Positions 37,430-48,146 of a DNA stretch of 64,000 nt are shown piece by piece. The DNA lies in contig OZ281498.1 of assembly GCA_965637545.1 (NCBI GenBank), positions 10,726,001 through 10,790,000 of the forward strand, given 5' to 3'. Source of the DNA: Phallusia mammillata (lineage: Eukaryota). The notes below the pieces were generated by a model. It did not search any database and was not told the DNA's origin. It worked only from the letters and a program-made list of their open reading frames with translations. Numbering within the stretch: position 1 is the first letter of the stretch; every line of letters begins with the position of its first letter. Made by a program: the position numbers and the translations under genes.

Positions 37430-38260
37430 CAGGCATTTATCAACGTGTAACCGAAATTAGTTAGGTGATCCCGAATTTGGCCTAAGATTTTGGGGAAAGG
37501 CGAGAAAGTTATCTTTTACTAAATAAAACAAGCTTACCCAACCCTGACCACAAATATAGCGGGATCACCGCCCCTAACTTGGTAAAAACCAGGTCACCCT
37601 GCACTAACGGCTTACCGCTAAAACCAAAGTTGAGATGGTCACACCGAACAGGGCCTCAACTAAAACAAGTTTAATAAAATATATAAAAGGCGATAACACT
37701 AAATAACGAGCGCCTTTCAACGTTTCAACACAATACGATACAATACAAAATCCAGCGCTACCACGTTCTTCCACTGCACTTACAAGTCACAACACTGCGT
37801 ACCACACGAGGCCCAAGCGAGAACTGCCTCAAATCTAAAACGAAGCACGGCAGGCACAAAGTCACGTGATCTCTGCGTCCAATTACAACGTACAGGTGCG
37901 ACACGTCGACGTCCAAATCATTGGTTCGAGACAATTGATAAAGGAAGCGAATGTAGCGGTACATTAAAACGTGTGAATACATAACGTGAAAACGCAAATA
38001 CAAACGATTATAACGTTAAATAAAAGTGTGAGTGGTAAACATTATGAAAAGTGTGCGTGGTAAATATTAACAACATTGTGAAAACAAGGTACATTAAAAC
38101 AAAGAGTGTAAAAAATCATTAGGAAAACAACTGTGAAAATAAAGTAACAAACTTATGAAACATTAATTATTACCGGTGCAGGAATAAAACAAAGAAAATA
38201 ACAATGTGCGTACGCGCTCATTACACACCCCCTCTCAGTTCACGTCCTACACCGTTAGGA

Positions 38261-41200
38261 CTAGACATTAGGATAAAACACAGTTTGTCGCCGATTTCGC
38301 CTCGGTCGCAGATCTTCCAATCGTTCAGCCACATTCTGTATGTCTGCGCCCAATCCGGTATCATCATCGACGGGCGCAGCATTTCCCTTGCCGCTGTCTT
38401 CATGGTTTTCGTCTTCACTTGGTTCGCTTTCAACAGGTTCGTCTTCAGCGCCTTCGTCTTCAACTTCCTCACGCCCCGTCGCTCTTTGCATAGCACTGTT
38501 GTCATTGGCAGTTGGAACCCAAAAGTGACTGCCTGCTTGTGGGACATTGTTCTCGGTTGTTGGATTTTCTTCGCCACTCTCTTCTTGTCTGTTGTACTCC
38601 ATGTCGACCTTTTTCAACCTGTTGTAGTGCACAGTTTGAATCGCACCTTGTTCGTCCTGAATCACATGATTAACTGTGCCTTGTGTTGCTACAATTTTAA
38701 AAGGACCTTTGTAAGGTTGCAAAAACTTACGACAACCATCTTTTGCCACCACCGTGTTTTCCAAAAGGACGATATCACCCTCTCGTAATGGTGCGCCATA
38801 GATTTTCTTATTGTATCGTTGCTCCATTTGTTGCCTCTGCACTTCTAATGTTTCGCGCGCGACCTCCTCCGCAAGCAATAGTCTGGATCGCAATGCTTCC
38901 AAATGCACGAATGGCTGGGTAGCTCTTGTTGGTCGCGACGAGATGAGGTCTGCCGGTAAGCGCAGTTGATGACCTGTTAACAGAAAATGTGGGGATAAGC
39001 CAGTACTTTCGTGGCGACTAGCATTGTATGAAGCCACGACCGCCGATAGCGCCTCGTCCCACCTCTTGGGATCGCGCTGTACATAGTTGCGAAGCATCGA
39101 AATGATCGTACGGTTATTTCTTTCGACGCCGCCGTTTCCAACTGGGTGGTAAGCTGTCGTGCGGCTTTTAGTACACCCCATCAACCGCACCAGTTCTGCA
39201 AACAATTCGCTTTCAAAGTTCCCGCCACGGTCAGAGTGTATAATCTCCGGGACGCCATGGACCGTAAGCCACCTGTGGAACAAAATACCCGCAGTTTCAT
39301 GAGCACTCTGGTGTCGCATCGGCCATGCTCGAACATACTTGGTAAACAAGTCACAGGAAACTAAAACATACTGATACCCAGACCTGGTCAGAGGCAAAGG
39401 TCCCAAAACATCGATCTCGATTCTTTGCATTGGTCGCACTTCTTGTGAAGGTACCAGATGTGCTCGTATGGTCGTGCTGGGTTTCTTGTTCATATTGCAC
39501 ATGTTGCATCTCCGACAGTGTGCCTCGGTGTCCTTCCTCCACTGAAACCAATAAAAACGTTCAGATATTTTTCCTAAAGTTTTGGCGATACCCAAATGTC
39601 CTCCACCAAGCGCCATGTCATGGCAAGCGGTTAACACGTCTTCCCGCATGGAGATGGGTACGACGGGTTTGGTTACTTCTTCAGAAGCCTGAGTAACACA
39701 GTCATCGTAAATAAACAGCATATTATCACGACATGTTAACTTGCTAAAAACACTCCAGAAATGCCTGGACTCGGCGGATAGATGCTTAACATTACGAAAC
39801 GACGGCCTAATACCTCGTTGAACCCAAGATAACACCGGTTTGAGATGTTGATCGGTGTGTTGGGCTTCTACAATCGTCGACAAATTATACCCGGATACAT
39901 CTCTTAAATCAACTGAAAATACCTCGGTCTGTGCTCCCCCATCCACGATCACATACGGAAACCCATCATCTTCAGGAACACGGCTCAATGCATCGGCATT
40001 CGAATGTTTGGTTCCCGGTCTGTGAGACATCTCAAAATGGTAGGCGGCCAAGTGTTCTACCCAACGTGCGCACTGACCATACAATTCGCGAGATCGCCAA
40101 AGCCATCGTATCGACGAGTGATCTGTTCGAAGAAGAAAGTTTTTGCCCAACAAGTAACAACGAAAAAGTTTGGTCGCAAAAATAACTGCTAACAGCTCTT
40201 TACGGGTAGTGGAGTAATGCCTTTCCGCTATACTCAAAAGTTCGACTTCCGTATGCTACCACGTGCTCCTTTCCATCGATCACCTGTCCAAGAACACAAC
40301 CAACAGCATTACCGGAGGCATCGGTATCTAACACAAACCGCTTTGTAAAATCTGGATAACGCAGCACAGGAGCTGCGGCAAGCGCTAGTTTTAATGATGA
40401 AAACGCTTGTTGACATTGATCAGTCCATATAAAACGGCAGCCTTTTTCGGTTAATTTATGTAAGGGAGCAGCAATAGATGCATAGCCTTTTACAAACTTG
40501 CGGTAGTAGGATGTTAAGCCTACAAATTGACGCACATGTTTGACACTCCTCGGGATCGGCCATTCTTTGACAGCCCGAACCGTATCGGGATCACATAAAA
40601 TACCTTGCTTTGAGACAATATGACCGAGGAATCGCACTTCATCTTTAAAGAGGTCGCATTTTGAAGGTTTGAGGGTTAACCCAGCTTTGATCAACCTTAG
40701 AAGAACATCCTCCAGACGACGCATATGTTCATCGAAGCTCCTGGCGTAAATAATGATGTCATCTAGATATGCCAGCGCACCCTGCCATTCAATGCCCTGC
40801 AGTACAATTCGCATTAATCTCTGAAAACTAGCCGCAGAGTTGCATAAGCCCATCGGCATGACGTTGAACTCAAAAAGGCCCATGTGACTAGCGAATGCAG
40901 TCTTTTCTCGTGAACGTTCATCCATTGGTATTTGCCAATAACCGGATTTTAGGTCTAGCGTCGAAAAATACACGGAACCGGACATTTCGTCTAGGCTGTC
41001 ATCGATCCGCGGTATCGGATAGCTATTTTTCTTTGTAACTTCATTCACCTGACGATAATCAACACAAAAGCGTAGCTCACCACTCTTCTTTTTCACCAAA
41101 ACAATGGAACTGGACCATGGAGATGTCGAAGGGCGAATCAGTCCTTGTTCTCGCATTTCCCCAATTATGTTCTCCACTTGTTGCTTATGGGTTTGGGCCA

Positions 41201-42996
41201 TATGTCGTGGTGGTTGACGAACAGGTGGGGCATCGCCGGTGTCGATAACGTGACGCGAAATACTGGTTCGTCCAAGGTCTAAACTAATTGTTGAAAATGC
41301 ATTCTGGTGACGGCGTAGAAGATTCAAAACTTCATTTAATTGACTGGAATTGGTCCCCGAGCCGATGGTAACTCCGTCTCGGACGGCCTGCCAGTGTTCT
41401 CCGTCGTTCGGTACTCTTTCATCTTGACCCTTCTGCGAAACAATGCACACATCGGTCAACCTTTGTGAACGCCACGCATTTCTGCATACACATTTATCAT
41501 GGGAACTTTGACCGATAAACGCAACATTCATGTATAGACTATCAATGTGACCATAAGCATGCACCGGTGTAACTGTAGCTATGCGGGTCCCGTCAAGCAC
41601 ATCGATCGTCTCATCGCTAAAGTTAGCCAGACGAACTTTAACTTTATTACCTTTGACTACGCCCAAACAGTTTCGTAGACCCGTCCGTTCACAAAAACGC
41701 TTCGTAGGCCTATCCGTTCACAAAACTCCTCGTTACGGCTTACTAACACGGAAAAAGTAGGAACAGTTTTAGGATACAATCATAAGGTAAGCTTGTGGCC
41801 ACGTACACAACAGAACTTACATCTAAATCTCCTAATTTAATGGAGATAGTGGCTTTACCCAAAACGTTTATGGACTTGCCCGTGACTCCCGAGAGGTATA
41901 CGTCATTCCCGAGGGGAATCAGTTTGCTGTCGACCATCTTCTGCTTAATAACATCCCACTTGCGTTGGTTTAAAATGGTAACGGAGGCACCAGTGTCAAC
42001 CAATGCACAAGTGACAACACCTCCTGTCATCATATTAACAAACCGGGGTAATGTCTTTTTAACAATATGCTTACGGCCAGAACCGGCCGATGTAGGTTTG
42101 GAAGGTCCTAAGGGTTTGCTTGGTGCTCTCGGTCTCGGTCTGTGGACACTTGGTTTAGAAAACGTGGAACTTTGGTACATTCTATCACGTCTTACACCAC
42201 TGTATTGCTCACCATATCTGCAGAACCGACGTAAATGACCAACCTCACCACAGCCATAGCATCGGGGTTGTTCTTTAAAGACGCCTCTCCCCGGGCGATA
42301 TCCGCCAGCTGGAAATTGATTGGGTCCTGAACGCACCTCATCACGAATTTGCTTCACGTCAGCTTGGAGCGCCGAAACTGCGTCAGCCAGCGCTTTAGAA
42401 TTGTCTTGCCATTCTTTCCTGAGGTCCTCAATCAGCTGAAGTTGTGGGTCGTTTTTCAACGTTTTTTCCACCGGCATTACTGGTAATGGACCCTGGCTCG
42501 TAGTTCCAATCACACATTCGGCCACAGACTAAAAGTCACGTTTGTATCCTAGCTGTTTAGGAATGTTAATAGCCGCTGACTGATCAGCTAAATCAAGCAA
42601 TAGTAAGGAGTACAACACTTCGTTTCGGACTGACTCGTCCTTAGGATATGCTTTGTCTGCCATTGCCTTCAAAGCATAGACAAATTCCTTGTTAGATTCC
42701 TGGGGCAATTGCCGCCGGCGAAACAAATTAGCGCGCATCTGATGCAAAATCACGTCGCTCTTGTTTAATTTTCGCACACGTTCAATGATCTGTTCGTAAG
42801 TCAGTTCAAACACGCAGCTGTCCTTTCCTTGCACTGACCAACGCAAGTCGTCATCAATGGTTGTTAAAAACATGTGGCGCTTTACTTCCTCCGATGCCTT
42901 CACGCTGTTGCAGTACGAGTCAAACTGCGTTATAAACCCATCTACATCCATTCCAGGCGTATACCGCGGAGGAGTTATAAAAACGTTAAAAGCCAT
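38261..42996 (-). pseudogene. gag-pol: gag-pol of Gypsy copy B, broken into four ORFs
   Basis: In-frame TAG in gag (42529-42531); protease C-terminus truncated next to a ~29-bp tandem duplication (~41670-41725); +1 frameshift in RNase H (SRTF.. instead of SRTLSIAERHYS); integrase ORF open. Confidence 0.93.
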
Positions 42997-43080
42997 GTTA
43001 AAAAGTAAAACTGTAAAACACTAAAACCATACAAAATCGAGTTCTCACCACGGAGTGACCACCTACAAGCGGTAGCAGGG

Positions 43081-43097
43081 TCCTGGCGTGCTCGCCA
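43081..43097 (-). other. Primer-binding site of Gypsy B (TGGCGAGCACGCCAGGA)
   Basis: Lies 2 nt inside the 5' LTR. The + strand TCCTGGCGTGCTCGCCA resembles the 3' end of metazoan tRNA-Arg(ACG); tRNA identity is inferred from memory. Confidence 0.7.
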
Positions 43098-43988
43098 AAT
43101 GTAACCGAAATTAGTTAGGTGATCCCGAATTTGGCCTAGGATTTTTGGGAAAGGCGAGATAGTTATCTTTTACTAAATAAAACAAGCTTACCCAACCCTA
43201 TCCACAATTATAGCGGGATCACCGCCCCTAACTTGGTAAAAACCAGGTCACCCTGCACTAACGGCTTACCGCTAAAACCAAAGTTGAGATGGTCACACCG
43301 AACAGGGCCTCAACTAAAACAAGTTTAATAAAATATACAAAGACGATAACATTAGATAACGAGCGCCTTTCAACGTTTCAACACAATACGATACAATACA
43401 AAATCCAGCGCTACCACGTTCTTCCACTGCACTTACAAGTCACAACACTACGTACAACACGAGGCCCAAGCGAGAACTGCCTCAAATCTAAAACGAAGCA
43501 CGGCAGGCACAAAGTCACGTGATCTCTTCGTCCAATTACAACGTACAGGTGCGACACGTCGACGTCCAAGTCATTGGTGCGAGACAATTGATAAAGGAAG
43601 CGAATGTAGCGGTACATTAAAACGTGTGAATACATAACGTGAAAACGCAAATACAAACAAATATAACGTTAAATAAAAGTGTGAGTGGTAAACATTATGA
43701 AAAGTGTGCGTGGTAAATATTATCAAAATATGAACAAATATTAACAACATTGTGAAAACAAGGTACATTAAAACAAAGAGTGTAGAAAATCATTAGGAAA
43801 ACAATTGTGAAAATAAAGTAACAAACTTATGAAACATTAATTATTACCGGTGCAGGAATAAAACAAAGAAAATAACAATGTGCGTACGCGCTCATTTCAC
43901 AACCAACAGCAGTCTTCCTCCGTTGCAACCGATACAACCTTGCGTGCCACAGTAAATTTATTAAAAGATGTAACAGTCACCACACAAC

Positions 43989-46900
43989 TGTAGTGAATTT
44001 GTGACGTATTTATACGCTTGGGTGGTTTTCTACTACGTAGTCTTTCTTGTACCTCTCCACCTTCTTGGAGGTCATTCTAGTTACGCGCGCATGCTGTGCG
44101 GTTGTGCTTTTGGCTCCTGGCAATAAAACACTACATGGTGTCAGAAGTGTTGGATTTGCAATGGAATTTCCAAGCAACAAACAAGAAATGGATTTTCACA
44201 ATGGAAACGTTGCCGAGAATTTTCGGAAATGGCGACAAATGATTGAACTGACTTTTTCTGGTCCTTTATCGGCAAAATCCAATGTGGAGAAATGTAGTTA
44301 TCTTTTGCTTTACATCGGTCAGGATGGACGGGACATTTACAATACATGGGAACTCAGTAATGATGAAAGAAAAAATCCGAAGGTAATTCTTGATAAGTTC
44401 GATGCATATTGCAAACCTAAACGAAATCTAGCTATGGACCGGTATAAATTCTTTGTAAGAAATAAAGAGGATCATGAAACAATTGATGCTTATGCAACCG
44501 AGCTAAAGCTGTTGGCAGCTAACTGCGAATTTGGGGACATTAAAGACAGTCTCGTTAGAGATCGCATTATTTGTGGCATTAGAAATGATAGAGTGGTTCA
44601 AAGAATGTTACAGGAACCGGACATGCCGCTAAACCAGTGCATCGACGTGGTTCGGGGAGACGAATTCGCGCAGAGGCAATTAACTTCTTTAAACAAGGAC
44701 GAAAGGTCTCCAATTGATGCTGTGGGGATGGTACCTCGATATTCTACACGTGCTCCCCTCAAGCACTGTTACAAATGTGGAACAAGGCATAGTCGTGAAC
44801 GGAGGTGTCCCGCACAAGGAAAACGCTGTTTCAGCTGCGGTGAATGGAATCATTTTGCAAAGGTGTGCTACAAGTATAGTCAAGGTGAGATTTCATCTGT
44901 TGAAACATTTTCTACCACGATGGACCAAGTTTTTGTGGATATATTCTTTAATAGACTACGTTTATCCATTAGATTCAAACTAGACTCTGGGGCACAAGCC
45001 AGCATCATCCCTCACAGTTATTTCAAAACAGCAATGAAGGACATTCAACTGGAAAGAACAAATGTGACTTTAGTCGCTTATGGCGGATCAGTAATCCGCC
45101 CTGTTGGAAAAGTTAATTTAACATGCAAGTACAAGAATAAAGAAATCACGGAAGTGTTTTACGTTGTCCATTCAAATTCACCACCAATTTTGGGGTTAAG
45201 ACCAAGCATAGAGTTGGGCCTAATAAAAATACTGATGCAAATAAATAAATATATTCCCTGTCAAACTCCCGACTATCTGTGTAAAGAATATTCAGATGTG
45301 TTTGAAGGTATTGGATGTTTTTCAGAGCCTTACCACATTATTTTAGACAACAGTGTTCAACCGTCCGTAAGTCCACCAAGACGTATACCGTTTGCTATTC
45401 AGGAAAAAGTGAAAGACGAACTCGACTACTTAGTGAAAAAGAAAATTATTGAACCTGTATGTGAGTACACTGACTGGGTAAACGCAATTGCAGTTGTTAA
45501 AAAGAAAAAAGGTAGTGTTCGCCTTTGTTTGGATCCACGTCCTCTTAACAGAGCAATCCAAAGAGAACAATATCAACTGCCGGTTATTGACGACATTTTT
45601 AGTAAATTATCTGGTGCCAAATACTTTTCGATATTAGACGGACGATCGGGCTATTGGCAAATTCCGCTCGACTCAGTTTCCTCAAACCTTACTACTTTTA
45701 ACACTATTTTCGGAAAATACAAATTCTTAAGAATGCCATTTGGTCTAAAAATGGCCCAAGACGTTTTTCAACAGAGAATTGAACAAGCCTTGCATGGTTT
45801 ACCCAAACAAGCTGCCATAATCGACGATATATTGCTATGGGCGGACACGTTAGATGAAGCAATAGATAACTTGAGACAAGTGCTGCAACGTTGCCGGGAA
45901 CAAGGTATTAAACTTAATCTTGACAAATGCAAATTTTGCTGTCCGAAAGTAGAGTATTTTGGACATGTGATCGGTCAGAATGGCATTCAGCCCAATCCGA
46001 AACGTATTGAGGCAATATCAAAAATGAAATCGCCAACATCCGTAAAGGAACTTCAGTGTTTTTTAGGAATGGTTAACTACTTGCGCAAATTCTCGCCGCA
46101 GGTTTCCGAAGAGACTTCTGTGTTAAGGCAATTACTCCAACACAAGCAGTGGTGCTGGGAAACAGAACACGAAACAGCTTTCAACGCTGTAAAGAAACAA
46201 GTTACTCAAACTGGTAAAGTACTTAAATTTTACGACTCTAATTCGCCATTAAAAATTCAAGTGGATGCATCGCAACATGGTTTGGGCGCTGTCTTGTTAC
46301 AAGACAATGGTCCTGTCGAGTATGCATCCCGAGCATTAAGCGAAACTGAACAAAAGTACGCACAAATTGAAAAGGAAATGCTAGCAATAGTTTTTGGGTG
46401 CGCAAAGTTTCATCAATATATATATGGCCGACATTTTTCAGTTGAATCCGATCACAAGCCTTTGGAAATCATCTTCAAGAAACCGATTTCGACAGCCTCT
46501 GCTAGACTGCAGCGAATGATGATAAAGATTCAAGATTACGATTTTGCTGTTTCGTTTAAACCTGGAAAAGATATCCCGATTGCAGATGCCCTATCTCGAA
46601 ACCACCCTCAAAACAGTGACGAATCGGACCAATGTGACAACAATTTGCATGTTAATTTTATAGATTTGCCATCAGATGGGATTCATGATCTCAAAGAAAT
46701 TCAACGCGCTGTTGAGATGGACCCATGTATGCCAATGCTTAAAAGGTATATTCTTCACGGTTGGCCCACCGCGCGAAATTCATGCACCCAGCAGACACGT
46801 GATTTTTGGGGATTTCGAGACGAACTGTCTGTAACAGAAGATGTCCTGTTAAAAGGTGAGAGAATCGTTGTTCCTTCGTCTCTGAGACAACTTGTAACAA

Positions 46901-48146
46901 AACGCATTCATGGTGGACACATGGGAATTGTAAAGTGTACAGAAAAAGCACGAGATTTGTATTTCTGGCCCGGAATGACAAATTGCATCCGCGATTACAT
47001 TGCCAAATGTAAAGTTTGCCAATTGTTTCAAAATAAGCACCCAAAAGAACCCTTAGTCAATCATGAAATACCTAGGACGCCATGGGAGCAAGTCGCTATG
47101 GACCTATTTCAATGGAATGGAAATGAATATATAGTTGTAGTGGACTATTACAGCAAGTATTTTGAAGTGGTTTTGTTGACAACTACAACTAGTCCAGCTG
47201 TAGTTTCTCATTTAAAATCTTTATTTTCAAGGCATGGGATTCCGAAGGTTATCATATCAGACAATGGTCCGCAGTTCAACAGTCAAAACTTTGAAGATTT
47301 TTGTACAAATTGGAACATATTACATAAAACGTCGAGTCCATTATATCCACAATCAAACGGTTTGGCCGAGAGAACTGTACAAACTGTAAAACGTTTGTTA
47401 GATAAAGCCTTCAAGTCTAATGAAGACCCGTATTTAAGTTTTTTGCAGTACAGGAATACGCCGATCGGAAACGAAGGCTCGCCAGCGCAATTGCTGATGG
47501 GGAGAAGATTAAGAGAATTGTCACCTATGACATCCAGACATCTTGAGCCAAGGACTGTGCCTGTATCAGTCGCACAACAATATATGCGTGAGAGGCGGAA
47601 CCAACAGAAGAAGTATTTTGATAGAGGTGCTCGACCACTTCCACCACTTCAAACTGGAGACAAAATCTATCACCGACGTGACAAAAATCTTGAACCGGCC
47701 ACTGTTATCAAAGCCTCTCACAAGCATCGTTCTTACATCATTAAGGATAAAAAAGACGATTTGCTCAGGCGAAATCGACGGTTTCTGTACAAGGCTCGGT
47801 TTGAGCCCATTATCCCTCACACAGAAGATGTCGAAAGAAATGATGACGCTCGGAGTGCTTCACTGGAAGGTTCAACATACCACACTCGGTCTGGTCGGAC
47901 TATACACGCACCGCAGCGATTTAGCGAATAGTGTTACGTATTTTTCGTTTTGTCTGTTATTGTTATGTTTGTATTTACAATCTTTCTGAAGAGGGAAGAT
48001 GTAGTGAATTTGTGACGTATTTATACGCTTGGGTGGTTTTCTACTACGTAGTCTTTCTTGTACCTCTCCACCTTCTTGGAGGTCATTCTAGTTACGCGCG
48101 CATGCTGTGCGGTTGTGCTTTTGGCTCCTGGCAATAAAACACTACA
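43989..48146 (+). mobile_element. Full-length, apparently intact Mag-clade Gypsy retrotransposon
   Basis: Identical 147-bp LTRs (43989-44135, 48000-48146), 5-bp TSD ACAAC, PBS TGGTGTCAGAAGTG (tRNA-Leu-type), PPT GAAGAGGGAAGA; empty site in S2 near 30931. Confidence 0.96.
44161..47931 (+). CDS. gag-pol: Single-ORF gag-pol polyprotein, 1256 aa from the first ATG
   Basis: Tandem Cys/His knuckles CYKCGTRH..RCPAQGKRCFSCGEWNHFAKVC typical of Mag elements, LDSGA protease, IIDD RT, VDASQHGLGAVL RNase H, HGGHMG..CKVC, SDNGPQF and NGLAER integrase; no stops. Confidence 0.95.
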   Translation: MEFPSNKQEMDFHNGNVAENFRKWRQMIELTFSGPLSAKSNVEKCSYLLLYIGQDGRDIYNTWELSNDERKNPKVILDKFDAYCKPKRNLAMDRYKFFVRNKEDHETIDAYATELKLLAANCEFGDIKDSLVRDRIICGIRNDRVVQRMLQEPDMPLNQCIDVVRGDEFAQRQLTSLNKDERSPIDAVGMVPRYSTRAPLKHCYKCGTRHSRERRCPAQGKRCFSCGEWNHFAKVCYKYSQGEISSVETFSTTMDQVFVDIFFNRLRLSIRFKLDSGAQASIIPHSYFKTAMKDIQLERTNVTLVAYGGSVIRPVGKVNLTCKYKNKEITEVFYVVHSNSPPILGLRPSIELGLIKILMQINKYIPCQTPDYLCKEYSDVFEGIGCFSEPYHIILDNSVQPSVSPPRRIPFAIQEKVKDELDYLVKKKIIEPVCEYTDWVNAIAVVKKKKGSVRLCLDPRPLNRAIQREQYQLPVIDDIFSKLSGAKYFSILDGRSGYWQIPLDSVSSNLTTFNTIFGKYKFLRMPFGLKMAQDVFQQRIEQALHGLPKQAAIIDDILLWADTLDEAIDNLRQVLQRCREQGIKLNLDKCKFCCPKVEYFGHVIGQNGIQPNPKRIEAISKMKSPTSVKELQCFLGMVNYLRKFSPQVSEETSVLRQLLQHKQWCWETEHETAFNAVKKQVTQTGKVLKFYDSNSPLKIQVDASQHGLGAVLLQDNGPVEYASRALSETEQKYAQIEKEMLAIVFGCAKFHQYIYGRHFSVESDHKPLEIIFKKPISTASARLQRMMIKIQDYDFAVSFKPGKDIPIADALSRNHPQNSDESDQCDNNLHVNFIDLPSDGIHDLKEIQRAVEMDPCMPMLKRYILHGWPTARNSCTQQTRDFWGFRDELSVTEDVLLKGERIVVPSSLRQLVTKRIHGGHMGIVKCTEKARDLYFWPGMTNCIRDYIAKCKVCQLFQNKHPKEPLVNHEIPRTPWEQVAMDLFQWNGNEYIVVVDYYSKYFEVVLLTTTTSPAVVSHLKSLFSRHGIPKVIISDNGPQFNSQNFEDFCTNWNILHKTSSPLYPQSNGLAERTVQTVKRLLDKAFKSNEDPYLSFLQYRNTPIGNEGSPAQLLMGRRLRELSPMTSRHLEPRTVPVSVAQQYMRERRNQQKKYFDRGARPLPPLQTGDKIYHRRDKNLEPATVIKASHKHRSYIIKDKKDDLLRRNRRFLYKARFEPIIPHTEDVERNDDARSASLEGSTYHTRSGRTIHAPQRFSE

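Larger units (their letters stand above)
30847..37445. repeat. Duplicated segment S2 (second copy of 16053-24683)
   Basis: Begins with the 3' half of Fn3 exon 3 (30847-30898), contains the intergenic units, W2 and the solo LTR, and ends at CATTTATCAACG just before Gypsy B. Confidence 0.9.
37446..43899 (-). mobile_element. Gypsy LTR retrotransposon, defective copy B
   Basis: 3' LTR 37446-38225 (780 bp), 5' LTR 43100-43899 (800 bp, outer terminus mutated to TTTCA), PBS at 43081-43097; same flanks as copy A. Confidence 0.95.

Noticed and set aside
42526-42531. In-frame TAG in Gypsy gag as programmed stop-codon readthrough
   Set aside because: It lies before the zinc knuckle rather than at the gag-pol boundary, its context (TAG TCT GTG) is not a known leaky signal, and the element has other inactivating lesions. 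Being shared by A and B only reflects duplication.
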